A stretch of 64,000 nucleotides of DNA from Marsupella aquatica (taxonomy: Eukaryota; Plantae; Marchantiophyta): contig OZ316896.1 in NCBI GenBank assembly GCA_973895155.1, positions 5,345,303 through 5,409,302 of the forward strand, in the 5' to 3' direction. The position numbers and the translations under genes are program-made. The notes beneath the pieces were generated by a model. The model was not told the origin of the DNA, ran no database searches, and was given only the letters and a program-made list of their open reading frames with translations. Below, in pieces: positions 49,686 through 63,328 of this stretch. Position 1 is the stretch's first letter. Every line of letters begins with the position of its first letter.

Positions 49686-52600
49686 ATGATGGGCTCCAGG
49701 GCAGGCGTAGCGGAAAGGCGGCTGAAGCCATTGTGGGACGCCATAGATACACGTCAATATAAGACGGCTCTGAAGCTGGCGTCTAGTCTGCAGGCCAAGC
49801 ACCCCGATTCGTCCTACGTCGTTGTACGTTCACGCTGAATGAGTACCAAATCCTCGATTCAGTACATTGCATTTGCTGTCGTACTAATATTCATGATGTT
49901 CGTTGGTCGATTTAAATTTGGGCTTTTTTGTGGAAGCCTTCGCTGTTGTCCTGGAGAGTCATCGCTCGTTTTCGATCATGTAGGCAGCCATGGGTTTAAG
50001 AGGGGTTTAAGTGCTCCTTTGTTTTTTTTTCTGAAGTTTCCCTTACTGCGAATAATCTAATTTTAGAATTTAATCATCTGGGAAAATCTCGAAGCAGCTA
50101 GGAGGTATGCTGAAGTGGCTTTGCGATTCTCCAATTAATTGTTGAATTGAATGATCGATTACTTTGTTCGTTATGGCACAATTTTTGCACTCGGAATGTG
50201 GTGATGTTGATCAATTGGAAATCATGAATAACCGCCTCGGAGCACCTCCAAAATTGTGAGCTTTGTAGCCGTATACCTGAATGCCTCGTGAGAATGCAAG
50301 CAACCTCAGTTTTTTAATGACCCGTGTATCCCAAGGCTTATTCATTCAATGGTTTATGGTTGGTTTTTCGAATGACGCCATCCAAACAATGTTTGTTGTG
50401 GTCATGAGTCGAGGGGAACGCATCAGTCGAGTGACCCCAAACTGCCTGTTGAGCTTTTGAGATTATGTTACCCACCCTACTTCACCGCAAAGGAATGCAT
50501 TTTGGAAGATTTGCGCAAACGACGAGGCAAAGACAACCTTAGAGGCCAGAACATTGAATAATAACTGTTGAGGACAAAGTTGAGGAGTTGAGCAGCATGC
50601 CCAGAAATATTGCCACCCTACTTCATTTCTGCAGACAATCTCTACAAAAATGCGGTCTTATCCTGGGGTCATACATTCTCCGATTCAAGAGTGAACCTTT
50701 TCTTGTGAAATTTATTCGTTTGGGAGATTCAAGCACCGATTTCTCAGCAGGCGGCGCTTTCAGTGTGCAAAACCCTTCTAAAATGGACCCTGTTGACGCC
50801 CGTGACGGTAGTGCAGAAGCTAGCTCAAAGGAATCTCCTGGGTCTCTCCCTGTAGTTGGAGGGTGTAATAAATTATGTTAATGCGAAGAGAGCCTAGCAG
50901 CTCGTGAATGTTGGGTCAATTTGTGATTACTGTGTATGGGCTCGCTAAAACAGCGCCGTCTTATTGAGTGTGTAAGGGTGGTCTTTGTTTGATTCATTGT
51001 ACCACCCGGTAAAATGGTGGACTGGCGCACTACATTGCTTACGGATCGTGAGACCCAACCACCTAGCAGTAGAGTCGAGCAAATCTTTTGAGGGGCACTG
51101 CTAGCCAGAACGGCAGTTATTATATTGGTTGTTGTGCTTGGGTTCCCCTATGGGTCAAGGCCTTTCTTGTACCACAGGGGAGCCAAACCCTTGAATCTTT
51201 CTGTGCACTTAGCTCCTCATCCTCAGATCTCTCTGCCTCTTGTACGCTTAATGTCTGTTGTTTTTGGTCGACGCAACCATACTTTGGGTTCTTGAGCTGT
51301 TTCTGATAGCACCGTCCCATGCTTATACATAAGGGTGTTTTTAATTAACATCATTGGTTTCAAACATGTGCAGGCACTGAAGGCACTTGTCCTAGAAAGA
51401 ACTGGCAAGTTTGATGAGGCTTTGCTCTTGTGTCAGCAAGCAAGAGACACTGGGCCAGTAGATGAATTAACGTTAAATACTCTCCAGACGGTCTATAATC
51501 GACTTCACTTACGTAATCGTCTAACTTTTCCTCATTGTCTCTTATCTGTTTGCCTTGTCTAGACTACAGTACGTCCTTCTTATCAATGGTGTATGGTTGG
51601 TTACCGTATCGGTAAAAAAGCTCCTTTTTCCATTCATGAGATAAGGATTGTGGCGGTAAAAAGCTCCTTTTTCTATTCATGAGATAAGGATTGTGGCGGG
51701 CGCACTTAGTACTGAATGAATCGATTGCATAGTCCACACTCTTCAAAGGTAGAGAAGCTATTGTAGGACTCACTCCCGTGCCACACAAGCTGGGATGTTC
51801 CACTCGGACGAATTTTATGGTAAATTGTACTTTATGTATTTTAAGCCTTGGATGTCTTCTTACTTTTTTCTCTCTCTGGGTATCGCAGTGCATGAAACTA
51901 CTGCTTGCTATGAGTATGCTTGCTCCAAGATCCCCAACAACGTAGAGTTGCTGATGTCATTATTCAAGTGCTATGTGCGGCAGTATCTCTATGTGAAGCA
52001 ACAGCAGGTATGCTTTTGATGCTATCGTGTCTAATAAGGAGGAAGCTGTTCCCATCGTTTTTGAAAACCACAGCTAGGATGGCCTATTTCTTTTCACCAA
52101 TAGAAGGATTGGATCACAATTGTTGCGAGAAAATGCCCCATATTTTAAGGTTACTCTAGAAAAAAGCTGGACCCTGATTTTGGAATGTTATGAGAGCAGA
52201 CAGCAATGAAGCTGTACAAACAGGTCGGGGAAGAGCGATTCCTTCTGTGGTCTGTGTGCAGCATTCTTCTTCAGGTGTGGTGTTGTTGTGGCCTACTATC
52301 TGCTTAGTCATAGTATTATTGAATTCATGCTTGGTTTCTGCCCTTTAAAGAGGATGGTGACTTGTTTGAGTTTGTATGGTTCATGGATGATTGATTTTTC
52401 ATCCTCGCTGGTCAGGTTGGCGGAGATCTGAATTTTACATTACTGTAGGTTGGCAGTGACGATGGGAGTGGCAGCAAATTGCTTGCATTAACAGAGGCCC
52501 TACTCAGGAAACGGGTCAACTCACACGGTTTGAAAGATCGGGAAGGTGAGAAGAAGATGTTTTTGAATCACTATCGAATGAGTATAGAGGACTTCTGGGC

Positions 52601-55600
52601 TCCCGCTTTTATGAATAAATCTGTCACCTTCATATGTAGTAGTCACCGAGGACTCAACATGTGCTGGGAATATTGTCCTGTAAATTGTTTGTCCTTGGTA
52701 GCTGTGGTCAATTTCTGACGCGGAGACTGTGTTTGCCTCTTAGCATTGATGCTATACATCAATGTGTTGCAGCAACAAGAGAAGCATGAGATTGCTTTGG
52801 ACGTAATCTCAGGAACATTAGGTGGACTTTTTAGCATTCAGAGTGACAAGCTTCGATTGCAGGTGACAAATAAGCGCCACCTCCTCCCCCCCCCCCGGCA
52901 CGCACACCTTCCCTTTTTCTGAGTAGTACACGTAGTGGCTCAGTTTTAGCAGGCTTTAAACGTTAAGTCAAAAATGTTTTTTGAACTAGTAAAGGCTGCT
53001 TCGTTTTCTCGTTCGTGTGGTGACGTTGATTTTCACCAGATGCAATTCTGTGCGGCATGTAAATGGTCAATGGTCGAGGGATAATTTGATCCAAGGAAAA
53101 CCTCTTGTCACAATGTCAGGGATGGAGCCGTAAAAGGAAGTTTGGGTTCTACATAACTTGGTTGTAGGGTTTTGATTCTTCTAGTCTTGTGGGATTGTAA
53201 CATGTGAATAAGCTGGCAGGGAGAGTTGCTGATGAGCACCAGACAATATGGCAAAGCAAGAGAAATTTTTGAGAAGATCTTGAAAATAAGGTACTCCTCC
53301 TGTCAGGTGACATCTGCCCCGGAATTCCTTTGGTACTTCTCGCATGGAAGTTATGCGATGCTCGTGATGAGGCTCTCGACATTAACGTATCACTTTCTTG
53401 GTTGTCTGTTCAATCAGCTCAGATGACTGGGGAGTTTTTCTTTCATACTTAGATGCATCGTTGGGAGGAGCTGATCAAAATGCGGGGCCATCATCTGATT
53501 TGAACAAAGATTTGTCCTCCATTTCCCTAGAGGAGGATGAGGTTAGTAGCTTCAGATTACACGAGACCAGAGTAAAGGACTCCTTTCACGTTCTAATCTA
53601 TATTGTAGTAGTTTTGTCACTTTAGCTAACTGTAGTGTTGGATCGTGCAGGACAAGATTCTCAACCGGGCTATGAGATTGGTTCAAGAGCTGCAAGGAAT
53701 GGAGGTTAAAGAGCTGAGAAGAGGGCCTTATCTAGCCACTGTAGAGATTGAAAAGCGACGCCTAATTCTGAAAACGAAAGCTGATAGAGGCGAAGAAATG
53801 CAAAAGGACTCTCCTCTAGTTACATCGATTTTGGCTTATTTTGAAAGGTGCGAGCTATATTATTCAAACTGCTGCGATGGAGCCCTTTCTTGTCTGTACA
53901 ACTTTACCAAGGACGATATTCAAGCACTTAAGACTTCATCTTCTTGTGTTGGCAGGTTTGGTCATTTGTTAAGTTTTTCGTCAGACATGTCAACTTTTGT
54001 TGAGTACATTGATGAATGCTACAAACTGCCACTTGCAACAGCATTACATGATGCCAGCAGTAAAGTAACATCGTCCAGCCCCGTCAAGCGGTTGAGATTT
54101 AAAATTTCTGCTTTCCAGATGGAAGAGCTACTGGGAGTAAGGCTAAAACTTCCGGATGAAGGTGAATGGATGCAGCCATCTCACCTCCGTATCCCTTGTT
54201 TATACAACTGCTCTCTTATAGTTGAAGGACTCAACAGGTTTCATACCCAAGTTCCCAAATCTTTTTGATTATGTTTATCACCTCTCTATTTCGTCGCTGC
54301 TACAGGACTTAGGCACCATATAAAAGCTGCGTTAGTGATAAAATGAATCGACGTAAACAGTTCCATTGACGTGCTTGGTAAGAATTTGAAGTGAAGTAAA
54401 TTGAAGTACTTTAAAACGCACCTTTAAGTCAACGGATACTCATAACGGCAGGGCGCAGAAAGTACAAGAAGGGAGCAATTGCCAAAATCTACAAAGAGCA
54501 AAAGTTGAAAACAGATACTGAGGAATACTAGAAAGCGTCCACGGTTGTTCGTATCAGTTATTTGTTCCTCCAAAACGTGTGCGGATATGTGGGCTATGTA
54601 AGCAGAGGTGCGTAGTTATTGGACTCCATAGTAATGTGTAGGATTGTATTACCCCGACCCTCATGAGATATCTGTTATGTATCCCAGATCTGGTTTCACA
54701 TGCAGCTGAAATTATGAAACTATATTTGGAGAGTCTTGAGCTGTCAGTAGACTTGGACGTTCAGGAAAGTATGCACGGAGAAGAGCTTCTAGTCCTGAGC
54801 ACAAATCTGCTAATTGAGGTAACTATGATGTTAATTTGGGCCACAGTTCTATTTGTGTGTTGTAGTGGAGGTGGCCAACATTTGACGTCTTAAACTGCAC
54901 TACTAGGATGGGGTGGTTTTTGTTTACAAGACTCTGGACAGATGGTTATATGGTTCATAACGACCGTGTGACTGATGTTCAGGTATTTCGCCGCTCTCAA
55001 CAATTGGGCTACTTGCTTGAGGCGATTCTGATTCTTGAGTTCGGTTTGTATGCCAGGAGGTGGGTCTTCTTGTTCAGATTGAGCGTTTTGGGCCCAATGC
55101 TATGTATGAGAAATATGCTTAAAGTATGGGTTTGTTTTACAGGGACGTAAGAAGAAGAGTTATTGCTTTCGATGAAACCGTTGGCCATCTTGTTATTTAT
55201 TAATGTTGTGGAAGCTTGTGCACGCAGATATAGCTCACAATATAAAGTCCTGCTGATAAATCTTTACACATTGCTGTCTGCAGTAGCTCCAGCTTTGGAC
55301 TGGTGAGCGCCAAGTCAACTACGGATGAGTTTAGAAGCTAATATTATATGTGGGGACCTCGACGTATGAATGATTTCCTTAGCAGATTTCTTTTCTATGC
55401 CACAACAACTAACAGCATAATCTACGTACATTTTACAGGTATAGATCATTGGATGTAAAGTTTGTACTGCTGGAAAGCATGTCACATCTCATTTTACCTG
55501 GCATGCTGGGTTCAACACGCTGGTCAGATCTTGGAAGTCTACTGACAGACTCCTTGAAGTTCTATGATAACCACCGGACAGACTCTGCTGATCTTACTAT

Positions 55601-58089
55601 ACTTGCATATCAACACTCTACTTATTCCAAAGTACGTTTCATTTTTCCGTTCAGGCGTTGATAATGCTTGTTTACTCCATTTGAAGCATTGACTTGTGAC
55701 TGCTGTAGGCCAGGTAGTGTACATAGATTTTCTCGGCGTATGGTTTTGTCTGAGTTCAGGTCATCCTACATCCGCACTGTTGATTAGTCTTCTTGTATAC
55801 AAGCAGAAGCAAGGCTCTCTGACTGGTCACTTCGCTATGTTCTTATTTTAGAGATAGGTGGCAATGTAATGTATTCCATTATTGAAATTCTATTGATAAA
55901 ATGTTGAACACTGGCGTGTGGTCGTTGTGTTAATATCGCCGTTACGTGCGTGTGCCTTGATAGGTTTTGGAGTTTGTGAAGTTTAAGGAAAGGCTTGAAA
56001 GGTCACACCAGCAGCTGATCTTCCGGATTGAAGCAGCAATTTTGGAAATAAAGCTGAAGGCAGATAAACTTGAGGAATTTGAGGTCTCTACTCGGGCATT
56101 TTATTACTAGCTTATCTTATATCTAACAGAAATTACCCAGTTCTTCATTTTAGCCAATAGATTCTACTTGGAGAGAATTTATTTGTGAAATGTGAATCCA
56201 TTTACCTCCCTTCTGTTACCGATAATGTTGTTGTAGATGTTTCTCGTGTAAGAGGCTTGTTTTTTCAGGCTCTCGTAGTCTTCTTTTCTTGACGAATTTT
56301 AATTCTTCTGCTTCTCTATTCAACAGTTTGGTCTTGTTGATCTAGACTTCGGCAAGAAGACCCTTGAATGGTCAAGCGAAGAACCTCTGTCGATACTCTC
56401 ATTCAATGAGGACCTCCAGATCCGTCCATGGTGGTCTCCATCACCGGACAAATCCTACTTAACAGGTGTGCCTCTGTTCGTTATTGCTGTGTCCAAGTTA
56501 TGCTTTGGTGAAGATAGGTTTTTGTGCCGCGTCGTTCATGGAACTGAGCTCGTTCTCACGAGTCGTAATTTCTAACCAGGTTCGCTGAGAAATTTTGGTG
56601 GCGAGATAAGTTGGCACAATGCTGAGACCAAGGTAAACTTCTTCACATAATATGAATGTAATGACCAAGCTCTCTTAAGCGTATGGTTCCCATCTATCAG
56701 CTTTGGCTTGCGTCTCAATATTTTAGTCCTCGAACCGATTTTCTCACCTAAAACTTGGATGGAGGGACGATACCCTTTTACCATGCATAACTACAGTAAA
56801 TCGTTTGGTCAGTTTGGGTTTTGTAATTAACCAGTTGTGGCCTTTGAATTGGTCTGGTATTTATGCTCCTCGATTCCCGACTCTGTTGGTGTTTGTTTGT
56901 TGTCGTAGGACGAAAGGATTAGTCGAGAGAACCGGTGGCGTGGTGCAGCAAGACGACGGTGTTTGATACCCAGGATATTATATTTTATGCTTACTGCCGT
57001 GAAGGAGACTGCTCTTGTGGATCAAAATGGCAGTTCTTCTGTAACTGAATTGAGGTCGTTGCAAGAAGAGTTTCTTATAACTGTGGGTCTTCAGTTTGAT
57101 AATGTTGAGAGTTGGCTATCTAAAACTACATCTCAAGAAAATTTGCTCGAGGTACGCTCTGAAACTTCAGAAATACTTCTTGAGACCGTGACGTAGAGAG
57201 GCAATTGGATGTCATAAAATATACTTTCTTGCTTAGAGTTAAGATTTGTATGCGTTTGCTGCTCTATTTTGTTTGTTTGGGGCACCAGTCAGGATGGAGA
57301 TAGAGAGTAGTGATTGATTGTATTCAAGACAAACTGAGCGTTTCTGTATTCCTTTTAAAGTGGTTGCAGGAATTTGGTATCACTCCAGGGGAATTGATGA
57401 CATTGACAGTGTTCTGGGCCTCATATCAACTGACGTCCAATTTGTTGGACCCCAGCTTTGCTGTTGTGTCGCTGACTGTACAAGTCATGGAGAAAGTTAT
57501 TGATGAGTTGTTGAAAGCAATCACAAGTGATTTGACGAATGAGGGGGAAGGAAATGACACTATCAAAGTAGTGTCACCAGGATCTGCCATATTTGACTTG
57601 GTGGGACTTATCTCCGAGTCTTTTGCCTGGCTAGGCTTGTACCTACAAGCTTGGGCTAGGCGCTTGCAACCAGTACCAAAGAAGAAGAAGAAGGGTGGTG
57701 GATCTTTGGAGCAGAATGATGCCGCAATTGGCACTCATCTGCTTTCCTGCCTTGATACAATTAGAAGTGTCTCTATCAGCTCATTAGAAAAGTTGAATAA
57801 CTATCTTACAGAGCACCTCAACAGGCCAGTGGAGCAAGAAGTTGATGCTCTTGTGTCTCTTTTGAAACCAAGTTTTGACATTTCAGGTTCTCCTGGAACA
57901 GTTCTTGCTGTGTTAGAAAATGGAGTTGGCGTTGCATCAAAATTGGCAGCAAGATCCCGTAAGACTAAACAGTCTTGGGAGACTGCTTCTTATGTGAAGA
58001 AGATGGTTAGCAGCCAGCGAGCAGCACTGAAGGGTACTAAAGAACTCTGTACAATGAGACTGAAGGTTCTAAAGTCTCTTAAGTTTTGA
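49686..58089 (+). CDS. NAA25: N-terminal acetyltransferase B auxiliary subunit NAA25 (TCU2/MDM20), ~18 exons
   Basis: MMGSRAGVAERRLKPLWDAIDTRQYKTALKL...|ALKALVLERTGKFDEAL...|CYVRQYLYVKQQQ|TAMKLYKQVGEERFLLWSVCSI...|RGPYLATVEIE...|LEAILILEFGL...|YRSLDVKFVLLES...AYQHSTYSK|VLEFVKFKERLERSHQ...IRPWWSP...KKKKKGG. Confidence 0.95.
51611..51697. repeat. ~44-bp tandem duplication in NAA25 intron 2
   Basis: ggtaaaaaagctcctttt...attcatgagataaggattgtggc twice. Confidence 0.9.
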
Positions 58090-61000
58090 TCATTGCTTAA
58101 TACTTCCTCTGTGTCCTTTTCTTTTAAGTAGAAATGCGGCTTTGTGGTTATACTGAGATTAGTTTACCTATTTACCTTCAAAATTTTGGTACTCTCTGAA
58201 GGAGACCTTGTAAAGCCTAGGGAGCGTGTCTTCAGCGCTTAGACCGAAATGGAACAGGGTAGAATCGAGAGTTTGAAAGGTCTTTAGACAGGTGCCTGGC
58301 CTCAATTCGAAATTTATGTGTTTCAGCTCCGCAGAAGCGTGAAGTTTGCTGTCATCATTTCTGTTGTATTAGAATGCCCAGTCAATTGGACACTCTCAAA
58401 AGATACAATGAAACAGCAGTACCAGAAATTGCACGTCGTGATGATTGTTTGGCCCAAAAATGTCTTCAAAGTCTGTGTGGTTCCATTTCAAACTTGTCCC
58501 AGTGGGCCGGTGAATGCCTGTCCTGTTGGTTAGTTGGGTACTTACATTTCTGAATAGTTTTTCATGTTGGAGGGCGACTAAGGCAAAAGCTCAGGAAACT
58601 ATTTAGTTTTTCCAATAAAGATGATGACCCATGAGCTAGCACACTCCGCCGACTCCCACAGCCCACAGGGGTTGTGCATCTATTCGATGAAATTCACTCT
58701 CCCATGGTTTCTATTCTGGAACTTGATGGTCTCTAGGATCCTACTTTCTTGCGCCATTCCACCTGTGCCTATTTTTTGACTCTCTTAATAAGGGCAACAG
58801 AAAAGGTTTTTTGGATCATTGCCTAAGGAGTGCTCTGCATATATATGCTTGTGAACAAGACTTGTTCTGGCTGTGCAGAACACTTTTAGACCTTCTATGA
58901 TGCAGTGACATGGGCCGTAGCAATTTAGTCAGAGCTCAAGTGAATGCAATTTGTTGGGATTTGTGGACTAGAGGATTTGGCCTGGGAGGGAGAGAATGGG
59001 AGAGGGGCGGGGTAGGACAGGCTAGGGCAGGGAGAGAGGGTGATGGGGATGGGGAGGAGGGAAAGGGGAAGGTGGAGGGACACAGGAAGAGGCAGGGAGA
59101 GACAATGGGGGTCTAGCAACCCAGCTTCACATGCTTCCATGTTTGCGCAACAACGACATTTTGTACAAATAATAGAAGGGTATATATATGGCCAGATTGA
59201 CAACACTTCTGCAACAATTACCCAGGCCAAAATGACAAGACATGTACAACCACAACATGGCTGCTTTGACCACCCAGACTATCCAATAGCAGTTTTGGAA
59301 TCACTACACACCTGCAACAGTGGCCCATCCGGATCGACAGCACTTCCAAAACCGCAAGATGGTCGTAATGATGACAGGAAGACAATGTCAACATACTGCA
59401 ACAGTCATGGCATACTATGATAAAGTTTTCAAGTAAATTGATGGATTACCACTAGCAACAATTTTGGACAAGTGCTCCTCAGAAACTCATTTCTTGTTTC
59501 TAAAATCAAATTTAAGAGCAACAATGCACCCAATGAAACTTGGGAACTGCATGGGAAAGACCAGTGGGGCCAAGAGAGAAATAAACCCAAGGGGCCAAGG
59601 CACACCTCAACCAAGCCCCACACCGCAAAAACCTCAAGGGTATCATGACTCCTTGATTGATAACCATGGGTCCTGCCATTCAATGTTGCCCGTTACCATG
59701 TGCTACCCATTGTGCACGTAAGGGTGTAGGTCTTCATATACTACGTGGATCCAGAAAAGTGCAGATCCAGAAAAGTGCAGAGCTTGCTCAAGATTTTGTT
59801 GGCTTGATTTCTTGGAATGCATTGAATGTATCCACAGAGACCCTCCTTTGTCATAGGCTTGGAAGTAACTGTTCACTCTTTTTGATCTGGGAAATGTCAC
59901 AATCCTCTCGTTTTGGTCAGGGAAGTGTCAGTCTGTCAGTCTGTCAGTCCCCTTGTCCTTGTAAAGCCAACCTAGGACTGTGGCTAGAAGCCAACTTGCA
60001 TATATGCAGGCCTCAAGCTATTGGCCCTTAGTACTCACACCCAACTTTTGTATTTCCTCATTTCCAAGTACAGGCCCTCTAAGTGCCAGAAAGTTTCTTG
60101 CCCTTGGTTCTCCACTTTGTATGCCATAAGTACTGCCAAAGGAAGGGGTTTATCGGCAGAATTTCCCAACTATTTTGTGTCATATGTGAAATTAAGGGCC
60201 AGAAGACTAAGGCAGTCAATATGAAAATTGGCTTTAGACCCAACTCGCATGAATGCAGCCCTTAAGCATTCAGCCCCAAACACTTGCAAAGTTTTAGGGA
60301 AAAAGTAGATCTTGTCCGGGCTGTTAAGAGTGATGATTGCCATTGCCTATGGATTCCCTCCCATACTTTGTCCACTACAGATTATGCAGGACATTTGATT
60401 TTATCTGAAATTGAAAGGACAGCACCTACAAGGGCCGGAAAGTTCCTTGCCCTTGGTTTTATGCTTTTCATGGCATAGTTCCTGCCTGACGTTTGGTATC
60501 TTCACAACATTCTTAATGGATGTTTTTGTGCCATGTGCAAAATTGAGGACCAAGGCCTCTGCCCTTGGTTCTACACTTTTTATGGCATAATGGCCAACTA
60601 GCATGTGATCATGCGGCCCTTTGTGCTCCTGATACTTTCGGGAAAATGTAGCACTTCTATGATCAGACAATCTGACACAAATCTTGATCTGTACTTCCCA
60701 ACTACGAGAAGAAGTTGTAACAAGTGTACAGTTTTTTTGGTTTTTTTCACAAGGCAAAAGTCGGGATTTGCAAGGGCCAGAAACTTGCGGACCCCACAAA
60801 ATATGCCGTCATGCCTAGCACATGAGAGGGTACTGCCAGAAACGTCTTGTTCATTCATATCCTCACACAAGTCACATTTAAAGGCTGTTTTTTGAAAGAC
60901 ACTTCACATGCGAGCTGGCCCTAAGCCCGGTGGCCCGATGTTGGGTATCTTCATATTATTCTCAATGAATATTTTCAGGCCATGTGTAAACTTGAGTACC

Positions 61001-61504
61001 ACAAACAAAGGGCCCATGACAAGCTGGGTCGTAGGGGTTGTAATAAACATGCATTCCATGAAACGTAGCAGTGTCTAGAAGTTGTAATAAATGAGGTGCC
61101 ATGAACAGTTCACTTAAATAGACAATGGGGTGGTGTTGTACGATTTGCTTCTATAAATCAAATCTATAAATCACGGAAGTCACATTAAATGCTGTCTTTT
61201 GTGCTTGCTCCATGCCTCTATTAGTAGGTGGTTGCCGGTAGCCTGTGGTTGCAGGTTCCATGCACACAAAATGAAAATAAATACCTAAGAAATACTGTCA
61301 CCGATGTACTCTAGGCCATGGCTAGCGGTAGAGTGCGAGAGTGGGGTGACACAGGTGCCCAGTTTGAAACTCTCCCTGGTTATGAGCTTTTCAACACACA
61401 TCCCCCCCAAAAGTGGTTCAGACTTCACTCCACTAGTGACATTTATAATTCTTTTTGATTCAAGCAGATTTTTGATTCAAGCAGAGTTAAACACACATAA
61501 TAGA

Positions 61505-61680
61505 GACATATGCTTAGTAGACCCCCTTCTGGAAAAAGTTTGCTTAATCAACCCCCTGGATACTTCTCTCCAATCTGGACCGTTGATGAACCTTTCAATC
61601 TCATATCTGGACCGTTGATAGATCTCAAGGGGTTAATCAAGTAACAAGTTTCATTTTGGGGGTCCATCAACCAAATACTT
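61505..61680. mobile_element. Degenerate foldback MITE; a related copy lies at ~62920-63070
   Basis: gacccc...gcttaatcaacccc is mirrored by ggggttaatcaagt...gggggtc. tcattttgggggt.catcaa is shared with ~63043. Confidence 0.45.
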
Positions 61681-62186
61681 ACACATAATACTCCAAAGTG
61701 GGGTTGGGACACATCTCTAGTGGTACTTATTATTACTTATTCCAGCAGGGGTATCAATTTCAGTTCAATATTCACTAAGATAGGGGTAACAATTTCAGGT
61801 CAATATTCACTAACATCCAAAAGAGCTACAGAACACCATTAAGTGCTTATTCGTAAAAATGAGTGTTGTGGGGTGGGGGACTGGGGGGGGATTAGTGTTA
61901 TAGCAATACCTCTCAAACGACGGTAGGAATGCGTCACCGCCCCCTCTGCTCCGCAGGTACCGCTCCTTGTCCCCCGGAACGGGCAGCAGTAACACGTGGG
62001 AAGATCCATAAATGCGTAAAGTCCGTAATATAATAAACTTTTCGTTCCCGCGAGTCCGAATAATGATCTCGCCGTTATTACGCTCTGTTATTACGCCGTC
62101 ATGCACGAAAAAGCTCCCTCACTTCATTCTCTTATTACTGACCAATCGACACCATGAAATCATTAATCTGGTCGTGTTTGGAGACT

Positions 62187-62530
62187 GGGAAATTTTATTT
62201 AGGACCAGCGAGAATCCTTACCGTCGATCTCGATCCATCGTCCATCGGAGGCGGCTCAACTGGACAAAAGGCCTCGTCAGACATCCAAAAAGGCGAACCG
62301 GGAAAATTTTATTTCGGCCCAGCGAGAGTATCCCTTACCGTCGATATTGATCCATCGTTCATCGGAGGCAGCTCACTGGACAACAGCCTCGTCAGACATC
62401 CAAAAAGGCGTACCGGGAAAAAATTATTTAGGCCCAGTGAGAGAATTATTACCGTAGATCTTGATCCATCGACCGTCGAGGGCAGCTTACTGGACACGAG
62501 CCTCGTCAGACATTCAAAAAGGCGTACGGT
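62187..62530. repeat. 3 x ~115-bp GC-balanced tandem repeat
   Basis: ggaaattttattt.gg.ccag.gaga...accgtcgat...gcctcgtcagacat.caaaaaggcg, with the last motif at 62271, 62386 and 62500. Confidence 0.92.
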
Positions 62531-63221
62531 GAACTGCTGTCCGCTGAAAACGGTACTGACCGGCGCCCACAAGAATCTTCTGTAAGTCCCGGAATTCCGG
62601 AAAGGTCACGAGAGAAAAGGTGGAGAACGTTTTCGAACCTTGTAATAAATGCTTATAAAACTCCTCTCCAGGACTCCAGCTAAGTAAAGTCACTGTTTGG
62701 GGAGAATAATGAAATTCACATCGAGTGTCCGGCTGCCCAATGAAGAAGTATCACGGGAGTGTAAATTATTGGAAATGCCATTAGTGCATTTAGATTCCCT
62801 CATAAGCTGGAATTTAGGCCCTTTTTTTTCGAAGTGTTAAAAAGGTTTTGTTTGGGTTGGACTTTTGCAAAACTGAACGCTCCTTGAAACGGCGCATATA
62901 TTGGAATTAGGCTATGTTTTTGAGATATAGTTTCATGGACCCTCAAACCAAACTTTTAGCGCCAACCAACCCCATGAAATTTTGGGTGTGTTTAATTTTA
63001 GAGCCATAATCGATTTTATAACTCAAGGGTCCCATAAAGTATCATTTTGGGGGTGCATCAAATATATACCTCCCATTCTTTCTGAGGGTTGTTTTGCATG
63101 TGTAAGGTCTTTAAAAAAGTAGCCCTTACCAGCCCAGGATACCAGCCCAGGATGTCAGATAAGAAGTCAGGTCTCCAATCTGCACATAATCGTCAAAGGT
63201 AAGATGTATCATGCACTAGTG

Positions 63222-63328
63222 TCATTTCCGCCCCTTGAGAATACAAGCCAATCCTTTTAAATCAAAGGACAGGATCATTTCCGCCCCTTGAGAATACAAG
63301 CCAATCCTTTTAAATCAAAGGACAGGAT
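63222..63328. repeat. 53-bp perfect tandem duplication
   Basis: tcatttccgccccttgagaatacaagccaatccttttaaatcaaaggacagga twice. Confidence 0.95.

Noticed and set aside
10726-58533. Many short antisense or alternate-frame ORFs overlapping GC6, RPN5, MFS, RSY3 and NAA25
   Set aside because: Shadows of real exons or intron read-through, mostly with non-ATG starts.
59200-61200. Possible LINE relic and a degenerate ~450-bp-spaced duplication
   Set aside because: The Cys/His spacing is only vaguely zinc-knuckle-like and too decayed to call.
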